NCBI GenBank assembly: GCA_977016875.1
Contig: CDRNST010000025.1
Coordinates: 2,542,001-2,606,000, forward strand
Reading direction: 5' to 3'
Length of the DNA stretch: 64,000 nt
DNA from: Pavona decussata
Taxonomy: Eukaryota
The position numbers were made by a program, and so were the translations under genes. Positions 1-13,300 of this stretch are shown here, piece after piece. The notes under the pieces are model-generated. The model did no database searches and was not told the DNA's origin. It saw only the letters and a list, made by a program, of their open reading frames with translations. The number at the start of each line of letters is the position of its first letter. Positions within the stretch are counted from its first letter, which is position 1.

Positions 1-989
1 ATAGTTTTTAATTGATAATGAGTACTAATATCCTGTCAATTGAGGTCTAAGCCCATGATTAGGAACCTCTATCTGTATTAACTGACAGACGCGAGACAGA
101 TGTAGTATTTTTTTTATTGTTCAGCACTAAAATAATTTTTCCGCATAAATTAAAAGTCACTCAGACTGGTATTTCCCATTTTACTGCTTTCCAATTTAAC
201 CTCAGTTTAAGTTCAGGTGAAAAGTTGAAATATGAAGAGACGAACATAAAACGTACAGGGGTAAAATAAATACAAGGAAAATCCCCTTTTCGTTACTAAG
301 TAATAAATTCGGGAACGAGTACAATGTCTACAATCCATCCTGGCATTTTCGACCGATGGACACTTTGCCCTGATACTCACAATGCTGATAATGTCTCTTC
401 GCGGATGGATGTATCACATCACATGATCAATTTAAAGCGATCGGGCTTGGAGAAATTTTTGTAGTGAACGATACTTGATGTTATTGTCGATCGATCAGTG
501 TAAGGACAATCACAATCAGCAAATTTTCCATGTCTCCGCTGGTGTTAGGTTGTGTTTACAGGATTCTGTGATGTTCGTCCGCAAAGGAAAGCTTTCAGAG
601 GAAAGTAAGCGTTCGTTACCACCAACACTTCTTGTCAGGTGAAAAACCCGTTATATACAACTAACAATTTCTACTAACAAAATTATCAGATTCTCTTTTG
701 ACGTTTGTAAATGCGGGGAGAGAATAAGTCTTTCTGCTCAGAAAGTGTGTTCTTCCTGCCAGGAGTCCAGTCAATAGATACAGTAGAGTGTTCAAGAAAC
801 GTGAAATGCACGAAGGAAGACTAACTTATACGTCAGGGAGAAATTATAAATTTAACCTAGGATGAAATGAGAAGATAAAACTCTCCAACCGTTTCAAACT
901 GTGGTTAAATAGTTACAACGTTTTTTAAAGCATCTACTAAACCATGTGTGTATTATGTATTTTTTTATAACTAATTTCTGCCAGATTAG

Positions 990-1375
990 TACCAAGTGAG
1001 ATTAAAGCACGAGGACCAAGAGCGCAGCTTGCCTATGTAAATGCGTTGAAGACTGGAAAAGTAAAGGTGCACCGTGCTAGAATCATGCTGATAGGCCAAG
1101 ATCGAGCGGGAAAGACGAGTTTGAAGAAATCCTTCTTAGGTCTGCCATTCGACCCTTATGAGCAAAGCACTGATGGAATAGAGGTTGACCCTTTAAAGTT
1201 ACAAATTGACGTTGATCAAGTGAAGAACTGGCAACGAACTGACGAGAAGTTAAGTGTGTCTCAGTTTGCAAACGACCTTGCAAAGATGGTGGCTGCTCAG
1301 ATTGGAATAGATGAAACAAGTGTAAACCCAGAAGCTCAAGATGAACCAGAGGAGATGACATATCAAAAGAATGAG
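990..1375 (+). CDS. Copy 1 exon: Roc N-terminal half
   Basis: tag|TA CCA (phase 1) gives (V)PSEIKARG...IMLIGQDRAGKTSL (P-loop GxxxxGKT) and STDGI (G2). Donor GAG|gttggt. Confidence 0.92.
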
Positions 1376-4300
1376 GTTGGTATCCTAAGATAAGATAGAC
1401 AAGATAAGATAAGAACTTTATTTTGCGTGGCACTCCACTTAGCTAAAAGCTACTTTACAGGAAGCCCACAAATAAACAGATAAAATTACAAAAACAAAAA
1501 GAAAGATAAAAACAAGATGCTTGCTATACTGGCATTACGCGTGATGCTGGGGCTGATTCATTTATTCCAACTGTATGCTTCGCCGATTGATAAAACTATC
1601 CTTGCTAATGGAATAGTTTGAGTCACGACGATCACGTTACGTTGTTTCCCTTGTGTTACGCGACTCAGACTATCAGCGGAAATTTGTGAAACTCCATTAC
1701 GATAACGTAAGCTTCTCAATGACCTCTTTTCAGTCTCGCGTCGTGGTCTAAGACTGTCAAACAAAGCACGATTCCTTCGCCAGGAATTCTCCAATTTCCA
1801 CCGTTTTAAATGTCGGGTGCTTCTTAGAAGTTATTCTTTCGATTCACCGCTTCAAAATGGTGAAATTTCCGTTTGAAAACAGCACACTTGGGTCCACAAC
1901 ATGTTGACAATATGGCGCGACAATTTAATCCGTTTTTAATAAATATATCAAATGATGCGTTGACGTCACACAGGTAGGGGTGAGTGGGTCCCCTCTCTCG
2001 CGATATACGCGACAAGAATGGATTTTGATTGGCCTGCTTTCGTTGAAGACACTCAGAACAATACATCCCGAGTAGGAGAGGGGAGAGTTTAATGAATAAA
2101 TTAATGTACCGATTTGTAGCTACGACGAAGAAAAAAAAGAAATCGACCCGTTTTTAGACACGGTGTGCCCCTTCAGGGCATCCCGCGTAATTAGCTAACA
2201 ATCTAAAATCTAAAAATTTAAAAATGTAATATATCCAGAAAATCCAATCATTCATGTATCAATACATGTGTGAGTACAAATTAAAATTTACAATTTCAAA
2301 AGCTAACCACGATAATAACAATTTTAAAATGCTGCATGACGAATTCTTCTTAAAAATTCCCTTGTACCGGCCATGGCGTGATCGAGTCCGGCAGCGCATT
2401 CCATGTCTTTGCAGCGAAGTACCGAAAAGACCTAAGACCGTACTTGGTGCTTCTTACTTTGGGAAATGAGAGCATGTTTGTGCCCCTTAAGTTATATTCT
2501 GTGTCCTTTACTCTGACATACATAGATAAGAAGGAGAACTTTAAGACTGAAGTAAGGTAACTGTACAATGCAACAACAGCACAATACAACACAATGTAAT
2601 GAATACGTTACCGCCGACACAATGCAATACAGTACATTAATAGTTTAAAGATTTTTGTTTATTATTTTTACCCAATTTGTCAAAGCCTAGTTTAGCAGCC
2701 AACATTTTTTCCTTTATGAATGCTACTACTGAAGTAGCCTGCAATGCAGGCGTATTTTTGGAGCGGGAGCGCTGAATAATCCTTCGTTGCTGTCATCTTC
2801 GGCGAGGAGGCGCGAGAGGGCTGGAGCGATTCAAAAGTGACCCTAAGGGAGAAAACGACTGCTCTCATTTCCTGCCCCCCCTCCCCCCCTCCCCCTCAGC
2901 CTCCTTCAAATACGCGAACTGAATTTATTATTCAGCGCTCGCCCATGAAAAACGCCTGCACTGCAGGCTACTACTGAAGGTTTGTTCCGTTATGTTGATC
3001 AAAGTAAGTTTCTATGATAACGTTGGTAACCAAACTGAGGTCTTATTTTTCTGATCGAATAGTCTGGTTTTACCGCCGCTAAGAAAGATGTGTCTATGGA
3101 GAAAAAATCTCAATTGAATCAGGGGTGTTTACATTATTTGTAAAAGAAAAAAAAGTAAGCACAGAAACTGTTGTTAGTCTATATCGGAACACATTTTTTC
3201 GATTTCAGTCAAGCTCGATGGCCTGAACACGAACAATATGTGCTATAGAAGTACAATGAAACTAAAGGGGCCATAACGGTGAAAACAAACAAACAAACAA
3301 ACAAAAAAAAAAAAGAAACACAAGCAAACAAACAAAAAAAAAACATAACAAAACAGAAAAAGCTATGCATCAGCGTTTGTTTGAAATTCATATTTCACCC
3401 TACTAAACTAATACGTGAATTGACTTCATCAAGCTACTGTCAGGACAGTCATCATAGCGTTGATTACAAACGAAGCACTTCCGAAAGGATGACTTGTATT
3501 GCGAGGGTCTCAAGTTTAAACCTTCCTGATGGATTGCTAACACATGAGACCCTGCTTCAAATCCGAGGCGACCCTTTGGGAAAAAAAAACAAAGTAAAGT
3601 GTTCAANNNNNNNNNNNNNNNNNNNNNNNNNNNNNNNNNNNNNNNNNNNNNNNNNNNNNNNNNNNNNNNNNNNNNNNNNNNNNNNNNNNNNNNNNNNNNN
3701 NNNNNNNNNNNNNNNNNNNNNNNNNNNNNNNNNNNGCGAGTGGCGAAAGTAGTCGCGTTTGCTTTGGTTTCATTCCATCGTACCTTATCTCTAACTAAGA
3801 CCAACTAATAAAACTCGCGTTACTTTTCTTAGAAGAAATACCAACCCTGACTTCTTCGCACTCGTTTTCTCACTCTTCTAAAAAGTTAGATGCATGTTCT
3901 GCCTTCGGATTTTTTTTTTCTTTTTTTGTGTGTGTCATTTTCCAACACTAGCACGTTTATTTTGAATTCTTCTTTTTTTTATGTTTCATTATCTTTATTG
4001 GAAATAACAAGATTACAATTTGTAGTTTTACATTTCAAAAATAAAGTTACAAATATCTCTGGGAGTGCTGACACATATAACGGTTCGTTTGCATTATTTT
4101 AAACCACATGCACACAGTTACACAACACTGGACACATGCACAAAAACGTACACACAAACACAAGTTATAATAGGCATGTTAAATATAGAGTAAGAAAATA
4201 ATGAATATTAAGGGGCAATTTACCTAAATTTGAATGAAATTTGAAGAGGTTTTAAGAAGGGATAGAAGAAAGAAAATGATTTTTGGAACACCAACAGACA

Positions 4301-7300
4301 GTTGATACCCACGCAAGAACACCCCGGGTTGTTAGTGGACTAACTTGGTATCCGTCTATTAATTATTAAATACAAATTCTAATTTAAAACTTCACTAAAT
4401 CTTCAATATTTCTTATTTCTCTTAATTTAACCAATCCTTCTAAAAAAAATACTCCTCCCAAATATATCCAAAAATCACCCAAAAATTTACAAAATACCCC
4501 ACAACACAGATTCACGGGATATTGATAGGGTTTTTGGATTGCTTGAAACGTGAATGAGAAATTGCCATTAAAGCCAGGTCAAGTGGCAGAAAAATGGCGT
4601 TTAGGTGAATTGTCCCCTTAAAGAGATTGAATTATGAAGGGCCTTCAATGCGAAGTTTGAAGGCAATACGTTGCTTAAACTCATCAAAATTGATTTCTTC
4701 TTTGTTCAGTTTTTGACAGTATAGATAATATTTTGCAAATAACAAGCAATAATTAAACTTTTTAAGCGACATATCTGAAGACATCTACAATGACATTACC
4801 GTCGGGATCTGGTTTAAGTTCCGCAATGACCTTCGTGTTAAAATTCCCTTTTTCTATGTTGAAGAAGTATTTGGTCTGCTTCTCGTCTTCCTCCGTCCAA
4901 GGCACTTTAGAACGAAATATTGCCCCTTTTCCTCTAGTGTCATAAATGGCCTGAAGATCGCGTTTCAACCGATTGTATTCTTTTAGTTCCAGGTCGATGT
5001 TTTGAAGGCCATTACTGTTTGTAATCAACGTATCAATTTCATCCAAACGTTTTTGAATGGCTGTTTCCACATTCCTACTCTGCTTAGCTTTGCATTTTGA
5101 TTAACTCCCATTTGAGTCTTTTGTCTAAGTTATTAGGAGCATAAATGTTACAAATAGAACGTTTCACCTTATGAATAATCAAGTTGATGATTACGATCCT
5201 TCCTTCTGGATCACTGAAATGGCTGGTGACGGATAGATCATAAGAAGGGTTAATCAGAATACAAACTCCTTTCTGACGATTGGTCCCATGGGAGAAAAAG
5301 ATACCACCTCCCCATTCATTTTTCCACACTACTTCATCTTTTGGTTCAGAGTATGTTTCTTGTAGGAGATAAAATAAACATTTTTGGCTCTTCAAATAAC
5401 TAAAAGTTTTAAGTTGGCTTTTCAAGCCTCTCACGTTCAAAGAAAGTAAACTGCACTTAGATAAATCTAACATGTCGGAGAAAAAACAATATTATATCAA
5501 CACCTAAAACACAGGTACACAAACAACCCAATAATAGGACGCTAGGCACAAGAACACAAACATAAAGTCTATGAAATCAAGAGGCAATAAACCAACCTAT
5601 CACTACCCTTCGAGCAACAGCCTATAAATCGACATATCCGCTAGACACATATATGCTAATAGTACACTCTTCAAGAATACAGGATAGGTAATAGTAATAA
5701 ATGGCATCCTAGAGTTGCTTTACGTCTTTGATGGAAAGCATTTTCCTTGGTCTCCCCGAAGGGGCCGTTTTGATAAATACTTTCCCATCCAACGACCAGA
5801 AACTTATAATCTTGTCATCTTTCTTCTTCTGTAGAGCCAAGGACATCATTTCCCTTCTGTAATTAGTCAAGTTTTCATTAATAAAGATGCGGTGGTTCCT
5901 TTGTCCGGAGGACAAGGAGCTCGGGAAAATACTTGAGAGGGTTACATTCTTGAGATGAGTGCGAGCTTTGTATAATTTAGTTTTGTCTTTGTGATTTGCA
6001 AATTTAACAATTATTGGCTTTATTCCCTGTTTACTTTATTGACGATGCGATATCTTGATCTTTTCAGCCGTCATTTCCACTCCAACCGCCTCAGCCACTT
6101 TGCACACAATCTCATCGGTCTGCGGGAATGCCGTGTATTTCCACAGAGTTCTTCCTAGAATATTGCTCAAGCTCTTCAAAGCTTACCAGCAATTCTTCAA
6201 TGTTTTGCTTCTGTTCCTTGACGGTATTTTTAACCCTGTTTAACTCGATTTCCAGTGACGCTACGTATGTGTTTTCGTCCTTGAGTTCTTTTTGTAGTTT
6301 AGTGACTGCGCTGTTACTCTTTAAGATTTCGTGTCGAAGCTCCGCAACCTCCTCAGTCAGTTTGCCGTTATCTTTAGCTAATGAAGTAATAGTGCCTTGA
6401 ATAATGTCGATGGCACCCTGAATATTCTTGAGGAGGTTGTGTATATCCTTTAGATTCGGTTCAGCTTCGCCTAATTCCACCCGAAGTGGTTCGTTGCAAT
6501 CAGAAGGAGACTGCCATGTTCAATTGGTCACCACGTGGATGTTTGTGGTCCGGTAAAACAATTTCGTCGCCAGATCCGCGTTCAGCTCGCTTCATACTTC
6601 TTAGCAACAATTCTGCGATTCAAGGAAAATGTTTGATGGACTTCCTACGCATTTTTTCTTTCTATCCTGACTGTTTCACGAAGGGCGGTACGGAGCTCAA
6701 TTACACACGTCCTGCCATGATAGTGGCCCAAGCTCTCTCTCAAGCCTTTCTCTTGTTCGGATTGGATTATTGTCTCGCTTGCCATTGTTATGATTGATCA
6801 CAATGATGACTTTGGCTTTGCTTTAAAAAGTCCTTTTCAAATAGCTGTATTAGACGTAGCAAGGTCTTCTTATGCAAATATCGGGGCATTAGGATTAATG
6901 ATTGCAAGCGAGATTGACTAACAGGTATACAGACAGTATTTTCTAGAAAATACATATTCCTAACGAGTGTCCTTTTTTTTTTTTTGTACTAATAAAAACG
7001 CAAAACGGTGTTATAAAACTGGTTTAAGAGTAGTTTTACCTTTAGAGTCATGTAACAGACCAAGATCAACGATATCGTAACCAATTTTAAAAATTGCTTT
7101 CAGGATCCTATCAGGGACGGAACCACACCTAACTTTGCGAAAGTCCATGAAGCTCAAACTGGGCGCCTCAGCGAGAAAGCAGCTAAAGAATCTGCATTGA
7201 ATTTCGACCCTACTTTGCCTCCGGAGGAATTCACAGATCTTCTCGTTCAACATTTAAAAGGTTTAAATCTGCCAAGTGATTCAACATCAGTGAAAAACCA

Positions 7301-10300
7301 CATGACTCTAGACCTTTGGGACTTTGCGGGACAGCATCTTTATTACGCGTCCTATCCAGTGTTCTTGTCATCACGAGCAGTTTACATGCTGGTGTACAAT
7401 CTCAGCAAAGGACTAAAGAACATTGCTGAGCCCTGTGTCAGACAAGGTGTTAATAACATTCTTTTAAGAAACCCAAATGGCGAAACAAATTTGGAGAACT
7501 TGTTGTCGTGGCTTGTTTCAGTCAGAACCATGTTTTCAGCAAAACCAAATTTAGTGAATGACAGAGAGGAGGCTGGCAAAGAGCCATCTTACCTTCGTCC
7601 CCCTGTATTTGTTGTAGGAACACATGCTGACAAACCTTTCGAGGACATTAAGATAATGGAACAGCTGATCCAGACGGTGCTTTCTCGAAAAGACTTTGAT
7701 GGTCACGTGATCCGGCCATTTTATTCAATTGATAATACGCAAGGGTCATCAGGGGCTGGCGTTCGTGCACTTCAGGAAAAAATGATTGAAGTGTTACAGG
7801 AAGAGCCATACATGGGGGAGGAGATACCACTTCGGTAAGTTTACAAAATAAGAACCAGTTGCAAACTCACGCACTCGGCTTATGAGTGCATTAAAAGCGC
7901 ACATAGTTGACCGTTGTTTTCCTTGATTATTCAGTAACTGAATACCAAGGTGAAAGTTGAGATATCTAGAAGCTGTCTTTAAATTACAATGTAATAGTAA
8001 TAGGGAATGGACGTCAAAAACTTGAAAAGTTGCATGTGGTAGGAGAATGAAAAGGGTACTTTTTCACAGAATTTGTAGTTTCTATTGACAGAAAGCGTAC
8101 CATAAGGGCAAAAACATTCCTCTAATTTACATGCTAAGACAGCTAAAAAGTAAAAGCTACCAATATAATATTTATGTGTTGCATGGATTTGGACTATCTC
8201 CCTTCTTTGCCCTCCAGGTGGTTTAACTTTGAGAAGATCATTAAGGCTTTGATTGCCAAGAAAACGTATTACCTGAACCTGGAACAACTCCAAACCATTA
8301 TCCAGGAAGTGTGCTTTATCAGGAATGAGAACGAAATTGCCACCATGTTGGATTTCTATCACGACCTCGGAATCATCGTAAAACACCACAACACTGTTGT
8401 ACTACAGGCCCAGTGGTTGATTGACGTGTTTAAACAACTCATAACCATCCGTCCTTACAACGAAATGGTAAGAACCTGACAGAATGTTAAGTCTAAAAAG
8501 TTAGCAGCCGCGTGCCTTATTCTTGGCTGCTTTTTACCGTTGGATACCAAGGGGTGTTATCTCGGGGGAAACCCAGCAGGTTAAAAGTTTTCCCAGTGGA
8601 TTCTGAAAGAATTTTTTTGGTTGGAGAGGTTTCAATAATTTTTTTCCATGTGTAACATTTTTTAGAACAATTCGTATTTCAAATTTCTCGCACGATTATT
8701 TAAAAGTCTTGTGATAATTTGCCTTACACATTTCTATAACGACTTTTTTTTTTTGCATTTTGTACCAACCTTTTTTTTTTACTTTTCTTTAAAAGTACGT
8801 AAATTATGATCATCCGGGTGAGTGAAGTCCTGAGAAGGAGTGTTTGGGGTGACTTTGACTCACGTCAAGTGAATCGTGGAACGTCAGTAGGTGGCATATA
8901 TGTCTCTGGTTGTTATCCTGATTGGTTAACGAAGTCGAGATGTTTTTGGCTGTAAAGACTATAAAAAATGATTGGTGCGTTTCGATCCGTCTTTTGTTAG
9001 TCAAAGTCAAAAGGTCCGTGGGTTTATTGTTTGCCTGTTACGTTGACTCCTCGGTTCAAACCATTTACAGTTTTATCTGTGTATGTTACCCGACGAGTAT
9101 TCGCAAACAAACTTTTCGTTCAAGTTCTTCTTAACCCTATCTAGCCCGGGTTTTTTGTCTTCTTCATAGCTTCTCAAGTATAAAACGTATAACAGTGAGA
9201 GTAAAAGGATAGATGTAAGTCTGAAGATGATTCCTTTGAGGTCCGTGGTAAGAATTTATTACGTCACACGAAGCGGGAATTACACGACGATTTCAAAGAA
9301 TTGGTAATCTAGGAACCGCCACCTTAGATGTCTTGATTTCTCCCAAAACCTCAGATTTAAAAAATATGTTAGATGACTTAATCTGCAAGAAAGTTAATTT
9401 TGAAACATTAAAAACCGAAATCTTCCTGTTTCTTAAGGTATCAGCCACCCTTCAGGACCGTCTGCGCGCGGATCGCTACCATATTTGAGGTTTCAACGTT
9501 TTCAAATAGATATGCTTGAGAGCTTTCTTTTAAAAAAAAAAAATCAGAAGAAAATGTTATTTCTGTCGAAAGATATCGGGGGTAAAAGATTTTTTCTCGT
9601 TAATTATCTTAATTGATCGTTGACAAGATCTGTCATTGAACTAGTAACGTGATACCGAGTGCGTGCTTCGAACGACACAACACGTGCGAATTGTCTTCGT
9701 GTTATTTATAGCCTTTAACTCGATATTTAGCGTTTGTTTCGGTGAAAATGCCGCCAAAAAAAAAGAAAAGATCGTGTCCGTTTTCCTCATCGAAACCGAG
9801 AGCGAAAAAGAAATCGAAGAGCGAGTTTGTCAAAGAATGGGCTGCAAAATTGGCAGAGAGCGACAAAGGCTCATTTTATCGGCAAGAGAAGTTGGAATTC
9901 AGAAAAGCGAAAATGCTACAGGACCTACAGTTGCTGAGAGTGCAAGCCGCTCCAAAATTTAGGTTGAAGAACCAGAAGAAGAAAGCCAATTAAGCTCATC
10001 GACCCCATCTGCTGATGGAACGTGGAAAACAATAAGCGGTCGAGCTATCGTATCGAGTGAAATTCTCCTTCAGAAACGGGACGAGTCTGTATCTTGTCGA
10101 TTTTGCCAGGAAAGTGTCCAAGTCGTGGAAAATGTAGCGACTAAGCATGGACTTGGTTCTACCTGGAGAATCCAGTGCGAGAATGAAAGCTGTCCGTCGC
10201 ACAAGACAAATTCTGTTTTTAATTCTTTCGAGAGGAGCAGAGCGTTTGAAATAAACCGGGCCTCAGTTCTTGACCTTCGAGCAATCGGTGGTGGACATTC

Positions 10301-13300
10301 GGCGGCTTCGCTTTCGTTCGTGTTGATTTCGCACTGGTTTTCGGCATCTTTACCAACTTAGCCAACCTTTCAAGAAATAAACACAATATATTTTTATTGT
10401 TACATGAAAAGCGTATTGCTGTTTGTAAATTAAACGATTCCTATGCATGTACATTCACTAACCTCAACAAAAATTTTGTCTTTTGTCCACACGCAGTGTA
10501 ATTAAACTGACTGGAAGCAAAATAGTTATTTCCCGCTGCTTGCCGCGAAAGTTTGTTCCTGTTACATGTTACCTGTCAAAGTCCTATTGTTAAAGAAAAT
10601 TGAGCCCTCTCTGATATCAATCAGAATAAACATTTAGGTGTTATAATCTCATTCCAGGTAGGATGCCGCCAAAAATGTATTTTCTATTTTATCTCCGAAC
10701 GCAAATTTTGCCGATCGACTCGTACGTTTTGAACTCCAAGTCGGCAGCCTTTCAATCAAATTGGCTCAAATTTGGCCAGAGTGATGCCATATATCTCTTC
10801 TACAAAACTGTGTCTGCGAATTTTAATACTCCTTTTGATTTTAAAGCTAGAGCCTTTTTTCCACAGGGAGTGTTGACTAATTGCCTCCCCCAACTTCATT
10901 TGCTAATAAAAGAGAAACAAACGCACTTGTCAAAAATCTGAGACACGGTTTTTTAGTGAAACGTGTTGAGAAGCGAATGCGGTGTCAATTGTTTTCTTCC
11001 GTTTATTTCCGGCGGGAGTGGAACATGATTTATAGAGACGTGTACTTTTACACAAAGCGTTCCAATTTCGAAACACATTTAAGTAAATAGTTTTTGTTAG
11101 TTCAAATGCATAATCTGGAATTATTAAGCTTTTGAAAAATATATGGTTTATAGGGGTTTTTATAAAAACAACTAACGCTACAGCGATCCGCGCGCGGACG
11201 GTCCTGAAGGGTGGCTGATGCCTTAAAACCAGGTCTGGCAAAAATAGGTTGCTATTGTAACATCAAATTCAGTGAGCCTGATTTACCATGCAAAATCGTT
11301 CCCAGATAAATTTCTTGAAAAGCCACATGTACAAACTTTCGTGGCATTTGTGCAAAAATTAAAAAAAGTGTTGTTTGCTTGAAGTGCATACTTAACTTGT
11401 TGCGATCATTTTCTCGTTTTTTTGTCTTCCACCTTTGCACCAGATAAAGGCAAATTTATACAGATCCTTACCAACAAAAGAAGATCTGTCTGTACTTTTT
11501 CCCCAGGAGTGCTATAGCCTTAACGAAGTGTTCACATTCTCTGCTTCTCATAACCAGGCTTTCCTATAGTTGCCTGAATGCTACAATAGGCTATTTTCTG
11601 AAACAAATTGCCGTCATTCTTCCCGAATTTGGCCCGACGTTCCCATGAGGTAAGTCAGGTGGTTGTCTATGTGTCTTGCTTCCTTTTTCTTTTTCTTTTT
11701 TTTTTTTTTTAACAATTTTTATTTGCATACATGACATGAGATTTACAAAAGTGAACACTATTAACATTACTTACAATACACAGGGTACTAACCACAATGA
11801 CTATATCTACATTGTTAACAATACTTACAATACTTACAAAACTGAAAGTGCTTACAATGTTCACACTAGTTTCGGGAATAACGCTATGTCTTTTAGTGAA
11901 CACTTTTTCTTATTTTTACTAACAAAACATTACTTTACATCAAATACAATTTTTACAAATTTTACAGTGATTCCGTACAAAATGATCAAGCTAGAAAGCA
12001 ACTGCTAAAGATTCTTACTAAATTAAAAGAAAAAATATATATATTTATATAAAGCAATTTTTAAGGAAGAAGAGCTGCCCATCTAAGTCTAAAATTTGAC
12101 AAACACTTATTAGCGACAGCAATCTGTTGTAGAGTCTGAATTTTATCGGAAAGTCGTAAAAGGAAGCTCTGGAAACTCAGTACACCCCCGCCTTTGCTTG
12201 TACAGAAGATGTAGTATTTTGCTATGAGTATTGAGTAGTTTAATGCCTGCCAATATGAAGATTTTTCGAAAAAGCCATAAAGTATATTACTTTGATTTAA
12301 AGAAAGCTTAACATTGGTCTTTTGTAGCCACCAGTCTTGAAATGTATTCCAGAAGGAGTGCACTTCGGTGCAAAGGACGAACAAGTGGTATAAGGTTTGT
12401 CTCTCATTTTTGCACAGAGGACAGATGTCACTTTCGGCTATTCCATCGCGGTGTAAGCTAAATTGGGTGGGTAGTATGTTATGTATAATTTTATACTGAA
12501 ACATCACTAGTTTGACCTCTTTTGTAATTTTAAACGGTAACTGGTATACTTTGTCAAGTGTTTTTTCGGTAAAGCCATGTCTCAAAATTTTATTCTGGGA
12601 GGTTGGTGGTTCAAATGTATCTATTAAGATTGACGAGTATATAGAGCTAGTGGACAAGTTGGCCACGGAGTTTTCTTCAGCGTTGGTATGATTCTGCGGA
12701 GTTACTGTTTTTTTCCACAAAGATGGAATGGCATTTAACAAACCATAAAATGTTGTAAAGGGCACCTGTAGGTTATACAAAGTCTTAAACTCAGAGTAGC
12801 TGCAGAGATTTCCGTGTCTGTTAAATAAATCACATACGTAGACGATGTTGTGGGAAAACCATCTTTTGTAGAAAACTGGTTTCTTATCAATTAAAATATT
12901 GCGATTGTTCCAAAGAATTTCATTTTTAAAGTCTACCTCATTTTTCTTCGACTTTTTGAAGTCATGCCAATACAACAGAATTGAACGGTAGAACGGGGAA
13001 AGGTTTTCCAGCGAGAGCATCTTAGGATCGTAATTGCATCTGGTTAAGAAAAAGAGGTTACTGTGTTGTTGGACCATAACATCAGGAATAATTTTCCAAG
13101 AAGAGGGTACCTCGTTTTGGATTCTTTTAATCCACGCAATTTTCAAAGCTTTCTCCATGATTGCGAAGTCGCACATTTTTAACCCGCCTTTCCTTCTTTC
13201 TCCTATGATTGTGCTTCTTTTAATTTTCGCGGGCTTGCCGTCCCAGATGAAATTAAAAGTAATCTTATTTATTTGTTCTACATATTGCTTGGGGACATTT

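Noticed and set aside
1083-1433. Minus-strand ORFs overlapping Roc/COR exons (also 51843-52316, 7979-8389, 18643-18997)
   Set aside because: They are antisense shadows of real coding exons, conserved only because the exons are.
3279-3808. ORFs spanning the N gap and A-rich tract
   Set aside because: Low complexity plus Ns. The paralog indicates the gap covers an (ATTG)n microsatellite region.
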